Source: Flavobacterium sp. | GTDB lineage: Bacteria; Bacteroidota; Bacteroidia; Flavobacteriales; Flavobacteriaceae | DNA length: 64,000 bases | Reading direction: 5' to 3' | NCBI GenBank assembly: GCA_047636155.1 | Contig: JBLIJW010000002.1 | Location: forward strand, 603 to 64,602 | Part shown: positions 55,601-64,000 of the stretch, piece by piece | Layout of the letters: each line of letters begins with the position of its first letter | Numbering within the stretch: position 1 is the first letter of the stretch | Made by a program: the position numbers and the translations under genes | Notes under the pieces: generated by a model | What the model was told of the DNA's origin: nothing | The model's database searches: none | The model's input: the letters and a program-made list of their open reading frames with translations, nothing else

Positions 55601-56074
55601 TGTTGATTTCCAAATTCCGCCGGCAGGCGAACCAATATAAATAGTATTACTACTATTAGGATCAACATAAACCACATTAACACGACCTTGACCAGACGAC
55701 CAAGAACCAGTGTTAGTGTGTGTACTTGGTCCTAGTGGTTGCCAATTACTTATAGGTAATGAAGAGGCGGCTTGTTTATTAGTATTTTTGTAATTTAATG
55801 CTTGCCACATTTCTACAGGATTGATTAAATATCCTTGTGCATCGGTTTTATTTCTCCAATGATTTTCCCAACGCATAAATGGTTTATATCCGCTACCTTT
55901 TTTAGATTTGTCTTTATCCTTCCAATATGCTTCAAAAGAGTTGGTTAATTGATCTATCGTCAACTCAGTACCTTTGGCATTTGGCACGGTTTCAACCCAT
56001 GGAGCAAGCGGATTGTATTGGGCAAAAGCTAACATATTACATAGTAAAAATGATAGAGATAAAGCTTTTTTCAT
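52688..56074 (-). CDS. T9SS-secreted BNR/VPS10-type beta-propeller protein with CARDB-like and C-terminal jelly-roll domains
   Basis: Many S-x-D-G-G-x-T/S-W/F repeats, HADIH, GGLQDNG; T9SS CTD VFPNPTKG..GMYFVKI..TKRILK; start at MKKALS. Confidence 0.9.
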   Translation of the reverse strand: MKKALSLSFLLCNMLAFAQYNPLAPWVETVPNAKGTELTIDQLTNSFEAYWKDKDKSKKGSGYKPFMRWENHWRNKTDAQGYLINPVEMWQALNYKNTNKQAASSLPISNWQPLGPSTHTNTGSWSSGQGRVNVVYVDPNSSNTIYIGSPAGGIWKSTTAGQNWIPLADNLPQIGVSGIAVSPTNSNTIYIATGDADANDTYSIGVLKSIDGGASWQTTGLTFTTTTKRSGDILINPNDANMLWVATSDGIYKTTDAGATWQLSISGNFAQGRIRLKPNDFNTIYAVSNNRFYKSIDAGTSFIIGLSGLPTASARLLLDVTAANPDYVYILSARTNRTFQGIYKSVDGGASFTKTFMTTDVFDGSTQAWYDLALAVSPTNAEELYTGCLNVWKSVNGGTSATKVNNWNQPFNAKYTHADIHYLKFFGSKLYCGSDGGVYVSDNNANSFTDITASAQISQFYKIAVSKQSAYKMVGGLQDNGGHAYSNSQWKNYYGADGMDTAIDPNNSNLYYGFIQNGTSLYVSTNAGNSLANGISSPNGISGNWVTPLVSNSQGVLYAGYNNVYKLVNNIWTLQNTTPLGTGNLELITIDKNNDNIIYVANNSALYKSIDGGLTFVNSFNASSNITSIAVHSTDSSKIYLTTSGTFGLALKSDNGGTTFTSFSEGLPNIGKNIIIHQARNSNNPLYLGTSLGVFYRDDSMAQWEAFDTNLPNVSVTDLEINLEDEKLVAATYGRGIWITSIPLQVPNTDVKLIAITNPTSVNVNCSNSVIPQVSVKNSGLNSVSQVNITYTVNGTANNFTFNGNIAPAQTQIIDLPTLTLPKGVYKLIVSAITPNDAYSDNNLGSTDFYLNDSGTVNVVNTFENPTDALLSYDEGSASSTWQRGIRTTGSLNSGTNNVFTPSLAGNYADLKKSYLVSQCYNLTTISNPEIRFKMAFDLELNWDIIYVEYSTNFGQSWQVLGVPTANWYNSNRTPNTTGNDCNNCVGSQWTGTDFAAKDYFYSLSSLNQESNIIFRIVFQSDESANQEGAIVDNFVISGTSLSNTSFEENTIAVFPNPTKGMFTVSTRNTSIDLVEIYDISGKKIKPSNSLIYGNSQIEINLNDVATGMYFVKIKSETNIITKRILKN

Positions 56075-56176
56075 ATAGTATATTTTTTCAAATATAGATA
56101 AATCAGCAAATATTACCATGTATTTAACAAAGGTTCGTCAAATTAAATTATCAGGTTTTGTATTTTTGTAAAAAAA

Positions 56177-56875
56177 ATGTTCGAAATATTCAAAAAATAC
56201 AAGCTTTTTCTAGGCTTTTTCTTAGTATTTTCAATAATTACGGTTTTTGCATTTTATACGGTTTTAAAACCAAAAAAATCACTTCCTATTTATAGTCCAG
56301 CAATTGTAAATCCAGAATTGGTTGATTCTACCATGCAATATGTTGCTAAAAATCACACCATTGCAAATTTTTCTTTTACCAACCAAAACGGAGAAACAAT
56401 TACACAAAAAGACTACGCAGGTAAAATATATGTAGCCGATTTTTTCTTTACAACGTGTCCGACAATTTGTCCCAAAATGACAGATAATTTAGTTTGGTTA
56501 CAAAATAAATTATTAAACAATCCTAAAGTACTTTTTTTATCTCATTCTGTTACTCCAGAAATAGATAGCGTTGCTGTTCTCAAAAAATATGCTTTAAAAA
56601 AGGGAGTTGTAGACAGTAAATGGAACTTAGTAACTGGCGATAAAAAAGACATTTACTACATAGCAAGAAAATCTTATTTAGCTGTGAAAACCGGAAGTGA
56701 AAAAGAAATGTATGACATGGTGCATACAGAAAATTTTGTTTTGGTAGACAGCAAACGTCGCATTCGTGGATTTTATGATGGAACTAATTTAGACCAACCT
56801 ACCAAAGATGGTGTTAAAAATGTAACCCAATTACTTGAAGATATTTTGTGGCTGTCTGAAAATGATTCGAATTAG
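56177..56875 (+). CDS. SCO1/SenC family copper chaperone
   Basis: FFTTCPTICP (CxxxC), HSVTP, VHTENFVLVD. Confidence 0.95.
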   Translation: MFEIFKKYKLFLGFFLVFSIITVFAFYTVLKPKKSLPIYSPAIVNPELVDSTMQYVAKNHTIANFSFTNQNGETITQKDYAGKIYVADFFFTTCPTICPKMTDNLVWLQNKLLNNPKVLFLSHSVTPEIDSVAVLKKYALKKGVVDSKWNLVTGDKKDIYYIARKSYLAVKTGSEKEMYDMVHTENFVLVDSKRRIRGFYDGTNLDQPTKDGVKNVTQLLEDILWLSENDSN

Positions 56876-56931
56876 AATTTAAAATTCTTCATATTAAATT
56901 CACTTTAACATCTTTTTTATATACAAATATT

Positions 56932-56961
56932 TACCTTTGTATTTTAATTCAATCTAAATAA
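56932..56961 (+). promoter_or_regulatory. feoA promoter (-7) with an adjacent possible metalloregulator half-site
   Basis: TACCTTTG at 56932-56939, then TTTTAATTCAATCTAAATAA directly before the ATG. Confidence 0.45.
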
Positions 56962-57201
56962 ATGCAGATTAATCTATCTCAATTAAAAATAGGACAAAAG
57001 GCAATCGTATCTGATATTAATTTGGACGAAATACCTTTAAAGTTGCTAGAAATGGGATGTTTGCCAGGAAATTTAGTCGAATTAGTGCAAATTGCGCCTT
57101 TTGGCGATCCACTTTATTTTATTTTTAATGATTCGCACGTTGCCATCCGAAAGGAAACAGCGATGCAAATTGAAGTTTTAGTGGAAAATACGATTCTATA
57201 A
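56962..57201 (+). CDS. feoA: Ferrous iron transport protein A
   Basis: LLEMGCLPG..APFGDP..VAIRKE SH3-like pattern. Confidence 0.95.
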   Translation: MQINLSQLKIGQKAIVSDINLDEIPLKLLEMGCLPGNLVELVQIAPFGDPLYFIFNDSHVAIRKETAMQIEVLVENTIL

Positions 57202-57202
57202 A

Positions 57203-59302
57203 ATGTCTCAAAATATAAAAGTTGCTTTAATAGGAAATCCGAATACGGGTAAAACCTCTGTTTTTAATCACTTAACAGGTATGCGCCAACAAGTTGGTAA
57301 TTATCCTGGAATTACGGTAGAAAAAAAAGTAGGGATTTGCAAACTTTCTAACCATACAAAAGCTACCATACTAGATTTGCCGGGAACATATAGCTTAAAC
57401 GCAAGTTCTATTGATGAAAATGTAGTAATTGAATTATTGTTAAATCGAAAAGATCCTAATTTTCCCGATGTTGCCGTTGTAGTTACAGAAGTCGAGAATT
57501 TAAAACGAAATTTGCTGCTTTTTACCCAAATTAAAGATTTAGAAATTCCCACGATTCTGGTTATCAATATGAGCGACAGAATGCAAAAAAAAGGTATTGA
57601 TTTAAACTTACCCTATCTTGAAAAACAGTTTAAAACAAAAATTGCATTAGTTAGTTCTCGTAAAAATTTAGGAATAGAAAGCCTTAAAAATTTAATCGAA
57701 CATTACCAAGAACTTTCAACCGAACCATGTTTAAACGCATCTAGCATTGATCCTGATTATTTTGATAAACTTCGTAAAGCGTTTCCAAACCAACTTTTAT
57801 ACAAACTTTGGTTAGTAATTACTCAGGATGTAAATTTTTTGAATTTAGAACGTAATGAAATTGCTAATAATTTTACAAAATCTAAAAGCGATTTAAAACG
57901 ATTACAACAAAAAGAAACAGTAAAAAGATACCAATTTATTAATGATACTTTAAAAGTAGGACAAATAATTGACGCCAGTAAAGCAACCGATTTTAGAGCT
58001 AAAGCAGACCGAATAATTACCCATAAGGTTTTTGGTTATGTTATTTTCTTTGGGATTTTATTGGTGATTTTTCAATTTTTATTTGATTGGTCTAGCATTC
58101 CTATGGATTTTATTGATGCTACGTTTTCCGATTTAGCTTCGTATACCAAAGCAAATTTACCCGATGGCGAATTTACCAATTTACTATCAGAAGGAATTAT
58201 TCCGGGAATTGGCGGAATCGTAATATTTGTACCCCAAATTGCCTTTTTATTTTTGTTTATTTCCTTATTAGAAGAAAGTGGCTACATGAGTCGCGTTGTT
58301 TTTTTGATGGATAAAATTATGCGTAAATATGGGCTTTCTGGTAAAAGTATTGTACCCCTAATTTCTGGTACAGCTTGTGCAATTCCTGCAATTATGAGCG
58401 CAAGAAATATTGAAAATTGGAAAGAACGATTGATTACTATTTTAGTCACTCCGTTCACAACCTGTTCTGCAAGATTACCAGTTTATGCTATTATAATTGC
58501 GTTGATAATTCCGAATAAAAAGATTTTTGGCTTTTTTAGTTTACAAGGATTAACTCTAATGCTGCTTTATTTATTGGGCTTTTTCATGGCAATTGTAGCA
58601 GCAGTAATTTTGAATAAAGTACTAAAGTTTAAAACCAAATCTTATTTTGTGGTAGAAATGCCAAGTTATAAAGTGCCATTACTAAAAAATGTTGCTATTA
58701 ATGTTTTAGAAAAAACCAAAGCATTTTTATTTGGTGCCGGAAAAATAATTCTCGCTATCTCTATAATTCTATGGTTTTTGGGTTCGCACGGACCAAATAA
58801 ACAATTTAATAATGCCCAAGAAATTGTAAAAACTAAAATTATTGCCGATAAAAAAGTAGTTAGTGAAGAAGATATTCCGCTTTTGGTATCCGAACAAAAA
58901 TTAGAACATTCGTACATTGGATACATAGGCAAATCTATTGAACCTGTTTTAAAACCTTTGGGTTATGATTGGAAAATTGGTATTGCCGTTGTAACTTCCT
59001 TTGCTGCTCGAGAAGTTTTTGTAGCAACTTTAGCCACCATTTATAGTGTAGGAAATAGTGAAGATGAAACTACCATAAAATCAAAAATGGCAGCAGAAAT
59101 TAAACCAGACGGAACAAAGGTTTTTAGTTTCGCTACCGGAATTTCCTTATTGTTATTTTATGCTTTTGCCATGCAATGTGTAAGTACTTTAGCAATTGTA
59201 AAAAAGGAAACCAACAGTTGGAAATGGCCAATAATTCAACTCGTTTTTATGAGTGGTTTTGCTTATTTAGTTGCATTATTGGCGTATCAATTTTTAAAAT
59301 AA
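57203..59302 (+). CDS. feoB: Ferrous iron transport protein B
   Basis: GNPNTGKT, VGNYPGITVE, DLPGTYSL, NMSD, LEESGYM, gate CSARLP. Confidence 0.98.
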   Translation: MSQNIKVALIGNPNTGKTSVFNHLTGMRQQVGNYPGITVEKKVGICKLSNHTKATILDLPGTYSLNASSIDENVVIELLLNRKDPNFPDVAVVVTEVENLKRNLLLFTQIKDLEIPTILVINMSDRMQKKGIDLNLPYLEKQFKTKIALVSSRKNLGIESLKNLIEHYQELSTEPCLNASSIDPDYFDKLRKAFPNQLLYKLWLVITQDVNFLNLERNEIANNFTKSKSDLKRLQQKETVKRYQFINDTLKVGQIIDASKATDFRAKADRIITHKVFGYVIFFGILLVIFQFLFDWSSIPMDFIDATFSDLASYTKANLPDGEFTNLLSEGIIPGIGGIVIFVPQIAFLFLFISLLEESGYMSRVVFLMDKIMRKYGLSGKSIVPLISGTACAIPAIMSARNIENWKERLITILVTPFTTCSARLPVYAIIIALIIPNKKIFGFFSLQGLTLMLLYLLGFFMAIVAAVILNKVLKFKTKSYFVVEMPSYKVPLLKNVAINVLEKTKAFLFGAGKIILAISIILWFLGSHGPNKQFNNAQEIVKTKIIADKKVVSEEDIPLLVSEQKLEHSYIGYIGKSIEPVLKPLGYDWKIGIAVVTSFAAREVFVATLATIYSVGNSEDETTIKSKMAAEIKPDGTKVFSFATGISLLLFYAFAMQCVSTLAIVKKETNSWKWPIIQLVFMSGFAYLVALLAYQFLK

Positions 59303-59312
59303 ATAAGAAATT

Positions 59313-59438
59313 ATGCAAGAAATTCTCGTTTATATTTGTGTTGCAGTCGCAGTTGGGTTTTTAATCAAAAAGTTTTTCTTAAAGAAAAAAAAGAAAACTA
59401 AAGGTAAAAATTGCGACACCGATTGCGGTTGCCATTAA
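59313..59438 (+). CDS. FeoB-associated Cys-rich small membrane protein (41 aa)
   Basis: MQEILVYICVAVAVGFLIKKFFLKKKKKTKGKNCDTDCGCH*, 10 bp after feoB; below the ORF-track cutoff. Confidence 0.88.
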   Translation: MQEILVYICVAVAVGFLIKKFFLKKKKKTKGKNCDTDCGCH

Positions 59439-59520
59439 ATCTGCATTTTTAATTTATATTTTTTGGTTTAAAAATCCAGTCCTATTTCTAATTTATTTTA
59501 GTAACATTAAATTAGATGTC

Positions 59521-59922
59521 CTATTTTAAATAAGTAACTTCTAAATAATATTCTTTCAATTTAGTTTCCTTTCCTTCTAAAGGATATGGCTTTAAAGAAA
59601 CGTCTTGAATGTTTTCATAACCAGTTGCCTTTTCAAAATCTGAAATATAAACTTGCTTATTTTTAGCACCTAAATTTACAGTTTCTTGACTTATTAATTT
59701 TTTATTATCAAAAACAAATACGGTAACAATTGCTTCGCCTGCCTGAATGCATTGCGCGCCTTGCGGACAACGATTGTCAGAAACTATGGCAACTAATTTT
59801 ACTTGTTTACCTCTTTTACACGCTTCTGTTCCTTGTTTTATTTTGGCGGTTTTTACTTTTGCCGTTTGACTGTAAACCGAAAAACTTAAAACGATTAATA
59901 CAAATACTATATATTTTTTCAT
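59521..59922 (-). CDS. Hypothetical secreted protein with D-x-R-C-P-x4-C-I-x-A-G motif
   Basis: Signal peptide VYS|Q; SDNRCPQGAQCIQAGEA. Confidence 0.8.
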   Translation of the reverse strand: MKKYIVFVLIVLSFSVYSQTAKVKTAKIKQGTEACKRGKQVKLVAIVSDNRCPQGAQCIQAGEAIVTVFVFDNKKLISQETVNLGAKNKQVYISDFEKATGYENIQDVSLKPYPLEGKETKLKEYYLEVTYLK

Positions 59923-59932
59923 AAAAGTAAAG

Positions 59933-60586
59933 TTACAACTTTTTTAAAAACAAGTTTAAAGCTACTTTATTAGAAATCACAATTGTTTTATTTGCTACTT
60001 CAATAGTTGTTGAATGATCAAAATCTTCTTTAGAAATAATTTTAATTTGCGAACCAAGTGCTATTTCTTGTTTGTCTAAATACTGCAAAAATTGCGGTGA
60101 TGTGTCTTTTACGCCAACACATATTCCTGTTTCATTGGCTTTAAAATCAGATACTAATAATTTCTCAATTTTTGCAATTTTCCCTTTCGCATCAGGAATT
60201 GGATCGCCATGCGGATCTTCTGTAGGATTTCCTAAAAAAACATCCAACCTGTTTATTAAAGTTTCTGATTTTATGTGTTCTAATTCTTCCGCTATTTCGT
60301 GCACTTCATCCCAATTAAAATTCAATTTTTCTACCAAAAAAACTTCCCATAATCGGTGTTTCCTTACAATCATTTTTGCAGATAAACTCCCTTTTTCGGT
60401 TAATGAAACGCCTTGGTATTTTTTATAATATACTAGTTCTTTTTCTGCTAATTTTTTAAGCATATCGGTAACAGATGATGCTTTAGTTTCCATCTTTTCT
60501 GCAATTGCATTGGTACTAACTTCAGTTTTTTTTGCCGTTGTAAGATGATATATTGTTTTTAAATAATTTTCTTCGGATAATGTCAT
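59933..60586 (-). CDS. DtxR/MntR-family metal-dependent transcriptional regulator
   Basis: SEENYLKTIY, RKHRLWEVFL, AEELEH, DPHGDPIP, plus a C-terminal FeoA-like domain. Confidence 0.96.
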   Translation of the reverse strand: MTLSEENYLKTIYHLTTAKKTEVSTNAIAEKMETKASSVTDMLKKLAEKELVYYKKYQGVSLTEKGSLSAKMIVRKHRLWEVFLVEKLNFNWDEVHEIAEELEHIKSETLINRLDVFLGNPTEDPHGDPIPDAKGKIAKIEKLLVSDFKANETGICVGVKDTSPQFLQYLDKQEIALGSQIKIISKEDFDHSTTIEVANKTIVISNKVALNLFLKKL

Positions 60587-60649
60587 TTTTTATTAGATTT
60601 TGAGTTGTAAATAGGTGCTGGTGTAAAGATTTAAATTCTGAAAAAAAAT

Positions 60650-62521
60650 CTAATTCTTTACAATCAATAACGGAACCGAAATTTTATGTCGTAATTTATC
60701 TACCGTGGTTCCAAAAATAATATCTTTAAAACCAGTATGGCCATGCGTTCCCATTACTAAAACATCAAAATCGCCTTCGTTTACTATTTTAGGAATTACA
60801 GAATGTGGTTTCCCAAAGCCAAGTTTTACAGCAATTATAAATCCTTTTTCTTCTAACATTATTTGGTATTCTGCTAGTAATTTTTCATCAATTGTGGTTT
60901 CGTGATCGTCGGTATTTTCACCATACATGATCGCTCCAACAGTTTCTACTACGTGAATTAAAGTATATTTTGCTTGCTTTCCGCCAAGTTCGAAAGCACT
61001 GTTTAACGCAATAGAATCTGCAGAAGAAAAATCGACAGAAATAGCAATATTTTTTTTACTTGCAATAACCTCATCCGAAAATTGCAACTTTAAATTGTGC
61101 GGAGAATGGTTTAGAATTTCTGTTTTAGATTTGTCAATAATTGGTTTGAATATGATATACAAAAGCAAAATTAAAAAGCAAAATGTTAGCGGAATTACCG
61201 TTAACCAAAGTATAATCGGATTATCTGAAGTTTCTAACCAACCTTGAATTTCATTATACACCAACTTGCCGTTTAAACCAACAATTATTAGGGCAATTAT
61301 CCAAGAGGCAATTTGCATTGGTTTGCCGATATGAAAACCGTGCATTTTTGATTTATCTGACACAAAATGTATTAACGGAATGATAGCAAAACCAAGTTGC
61401 AAACTTAAAATAACTTGACTCAAAATTAGCATTTTCCCGGTTACGCCTTCGCCAAAAATGGTGATTACTATTACTGCAGGAATGATAGCAATTAATCTTG
61501 TAATTATTCGCCTAACCCAAGGTTGAATTCTTAAATTAAGATATCCTTCCATAATAATTTGTCCGGCTAAAGTTCCTGTTATGGTTGAACTTTGTCCTGC
61601 GGCAATTAAGGCAACAGCAAATAAAATTGGCGCCCATTTTGTACCCAATAATGGTTCGAGTAATTTGTGCGCATCTTGAATTTCTGCAACCTCAAACATT
61701 CCGACTTTATAAAATGTGGCTGCCGCTAAAATTAAAATAGCAGCATTTACAAAAAAGGCTAAGTTTAATGCAATTGTCGAGTCGATGAAATTGTATTTTA
61801 ATGCTTGTTTAATTCCGGCTTTAGATCTATCAAATTTTCTGGTTTGCACCAAGCTAGAATGTAAGTATAAATTATGCGGCATTACCGTTGCTCCAATAAT
61901 TCCAATGGCTATATATAAAGCGCTTTCTGATGGCATACTCGGAATTAATCCTTGAAAAACTTTTGCTATTTCTGGTTCTGCAAATATCATTTCAAAAATA
62001 AAAGAAAATCCAATTATAGCAACTAAGGCAATAATAAAGGCTTCCATTTTTCGCATTCCTTTGTTGATTAAAAACAACAATAAAAACGTGTCCAAAACCG
62101 TAATCATTACTCCGTTGATTAAAGAAATATCAAACAAAAGATTTAAACCAATTGCCATACCCAAAACCTCAGCTAAATCACAAGCAGCAATGGCAATTTC
62201 TGCCAGAAAGTATAAAATATAATTTATAAAAGGCGAATACGTTTCTCTCGATGCTTGCGCCAAATCACGTTGGGTAACAATCCCTAATCTGGCGCTTAAA
62301 CTTTGTAAAAGCAACGCCATAATGTTACTCATCAGTAAAACCCAAAGCAACGAATAACCAAATTGACTTCCGCCAGCTAAATCGGTTGCCCAATTTCCTG
62401 GATCCATATATCCGACAGAAATTAAATAGGCCGGACCAAAAAAAGCGAGAATTTTTCTGAATGTAGAAGTTTTATCTTGGGTTGCAACCGATTCGTGTAC
62501 TTCTTCTAAAGATTTACCCAT
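60650..62521 (-). CDS. mntH: Nramp divalent-metal transporter with a C-terminal universal stress protein (USP) domain
   Basis: YMDPGN and MPHNLYLHS Nramp motifs; tail IAISVDFS..LIHVVE..VLVMGTHGHTG..FGTTVDKL..VPLLIV. Confidence 0.93.
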   Translation of the reverse strand: MGKSLEEVHESVATQDKTSTFRKILAFFGPAYLISVGYMDPGNWATDLAGGSQFGYSLLWVLLMSNIMALLLQSLSARLGIVTQRDLAQASRETYSPFINYILYFLAEIAIAACDLAEVLGMAIGLNLLFDISLINGVMITVLDTFLLLFLINKGMRKMEAFIIALVAIIGFSFIFEMIFAEPEIAKVFQGLIPSMPSESALYIAIGIIGATVMPHNLYLHSSLVQTRKFDRSKAGIKQALKYNFIDSTIALNLAFFVNAAILILAAATFYKVGMFEVAEIQDAHKLLEPLLGTKWAPILFAVALIAAGQSSTITGTLAGQIIMEGYLNLRIQPWVRRIITRLIAIIPAVIVITIFGEGVTGKMLILSQVILSLQLGFAIIPLIHFVSDKSKMHGFHIGKPMQIASWIIALIIVGLNGKLVYNEIQGWLETSDNPIILWLTVIPLTFCFLILLLYIIFKPIIDKSKTEILNHSPHNLKLQFSDEVIASKKNIAISVDFSSADSIALNSAFELGGKQAKYTLIHVVETVGAIMYGENTDDHETTIDEKLLAEYQIMLEEKGFIIAVKLGFGKPHSVIPKIVNEGDFDVLVMGTHGHTGFKDIIFGTTVDKLRHKISVPLLIVKN

Positions 62522-62577
62522 CTATAATTAAAATTTTATCAAATATATAAATTTTAATTTGTGTAGCAGAATATATT

Positions 62578-62595
62578 TTTTAGATTTGTCTAAAA
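62578..62595. promoter_or_regulatory. Candidate DtxR/MntR-type operator between divergent mntH and the TonB receptor
   Basis: TTTTAGA-tttg-TCTAAAA perfect 7-bp palindrome, 16 bp before the TBDT ATG. Confidence 0.7.
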
Positions 62596-62611
62596 TATAA
62601 TTTAGCCAAAA

Positions 62612-64000
62612 ATGAAAATAGTTAATTTACTAGCGTTTCTTTTAGCTTTTACTTTGGGATTTTCTCAAACCGGAAAAATATCTGGACGTATAACTTATAA
62701 TAAACAGCCTTTAGATTTTATAAAAGTTGTTTTAAATAACGGTTCGCAAACTACCAAGACTAATAAAAATGGTTTTTATGAGTTTAAAAATTTGACGTTT
62801 GGAAAATATACCGTAACCGCTTCAAACAGTTTTTACCAAACATCCGAAAAAGTAATTGAAGTAAATTCAGATTCCAATGTTACCTTAAATTTCGAATTGA
62901 TAGAATTTCAAAACAATTTAGATGTTGTAGTAGTAACCGGAACCAAAACCGGAAAACGAAAAACCCAAAGTCCGGTTATTGTAAACGTTTTAGATAGTAA
63001 AACTCTCGATAATTTACAGGTTTGTAATTTGTCCGAAGGATTAAAATTTCAACCCGGATTGCGAGTAGAAACCGATTGCCAAACTTGCAACTACCAACAA
63101 TTGCGCATGAACGGATTGGCTGGTGGTTATTCGCAAATTTTAATAAACGGTCGACCAATATTTAGTCCGTTAATGGGTTTGTATGGTTTAGAACAGCTAC
63201 CCGTAAACATGATTGACCGAATTGAAGTAGTTCGTGGCGGTGGTTCGTCACTTTATGGATCGAGCGCAATTGGTGGAACAGTTAACGTGATTACCAAAAT
63301 TCCGAAACGCGATTCGTTTGAACTAAATTCATTTTATCAAAATATTGATGGAAAAACTAACGACTATTTAATAAACGGAAATGCATCTTTTGTTTCTGAA
63401 AATAAGGATGCTGGAATTTCTTTGTTTATGACGCATAGAGAACGTGATTTTTTTGATGCAAACGGGGACAATTTTTCTGAAATTCCTAAAATAGAAAACA
63501 ATTCAATAGGTGCAAACCTTTTTTTCAAACCAGCAGATAATCAAAAATTAGAAGTAAGTATTAGTAATTTAAACGAATATAGATTTGGAGGCGAAATGGT
63601 GGACAAACCAGCTTATTTAACCCAACAATCAGAAGAAAGAAAGCATAAAATTTGGTTAGGAAGTTTGGATTATCAATATAATTTTAACGACCAAAAATCT
63701 TCATTGATTACTTACGCAGCTCTTCAGAATACAGACAGAACTCATTACACCGGAATTTTGCCAGAAGAACAACCAGAACTTCAAAATCATTTAGAAAATC
63801 CGCCTTACGGAATTTCAGATAATCAGACATTGCAAGCGGGTTTTCAGTTTAATTACAGATTAGATAATTTCTCAAAAGGTTCTAATGTAATAACAATAGG
63901 GTCAGAATATATTTCGGATAAAATTTTTGATGAAATAAAATCCTATAATTATTTAGTAAATCAACATACCAAAGATTGGGGAACATTTTTACAAAGCGAT
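62612..64000 (+). CDS. TonB-dependent receptor, 5' part (truncated by window)
   Basis: Open frame from the ATG at 62612 to the window end; LDVVVVTGTKT, plug RVETDCQTCNYQQLRMNGL, IEVVRGGGSSLYGSSAIGGTVNVITK. Absent from the ORF track because it has no stop in the window. Confidence 0.95.
   Translation, partial: MKIVNLLAFLLAFTLGFSQTGKISGRITYNKQPLDFIKVVLNNGSQTTKTNKNGFYEFKNLTFGKYTVTASNSFYQTSEKVIEVNSDSNVTLNFELIEFQNNLDVVVVTGTKTGKRKTQSPVIVNVLDSKTLDNLQVCNLSEGLKFQPGLRVETDCQTCNYQQLRMNGLAGGYSQILINGRPIFSPLMGLYGLEQLPVNMIDRIEVVRGGGSSLYGSSAIGGTVNVITKIPKRDSFELNSFYQNIDGKTNDYLINGNASFVSENKDAGISLFMTHRERDFFDANGDNFSEIPKIENNSIGANLFFKPADNQKLEVSISNLNEYRFGGEMVDKPAYLTQQSEERKHKIWLGSLDYQYNFNDQKSSLITYAALQNTDRTHYTGILPEEQPELQNHLENPPYGISDNQTLQAGFQFNYRLDNFSKGSNVITIGSEYISDKIFDEIKSYNYLVNQHTKDWGTFLQSD

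Overview
AT-rich chromosomal window from a Flavobacteriaceae/Flavobacterium-like bacterium. The assignment rests on TAnnTTTG promoter elements, T9SS C-terminal sorting domains, Gln-start secreted proteins and a split atp operon. Most of the window is core genome: the glmS 3' end, a TonB-dependent transporter plus SGNH/GDSL lipoprotein pair, atpD-atpC, a biotin cluster (bioF, bioD, bioA and a FabB/F-type ketoacyl synthase, with no bioB/bioC/bioH in the window) interrupted by two antisense hypothetical genes, recX, amt, tdh, mfd, metG, ssb, several peptidases, and a metal-homeostasis block (SCO, feoAB, an unannotated Cys-rich small protein, a DtxR/MntR regulator, an MntH-USP fusion and a divergent TonB receptor with a palindromic operator). 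Four accessory secreted or surface protein genes are pseudogenes while neighbouring housekeeping genes are intact. Intergenic DNA holds four structured repeat elements, heptamer repeats and a decayed REP-associated tyrosine transposase fragment. I found no rRNA, tRNA, CRISPR array, prophage or intact IS. No unambiguous new system is visible. The strongest leads are the ketoacyl synthase as a possible pimelate-forming step of biotin synthesis, the TBDT+esterase pair, the MntR-controlled TBDT and the structured repeat family. All family assignments come from motif recognition, not database searches.
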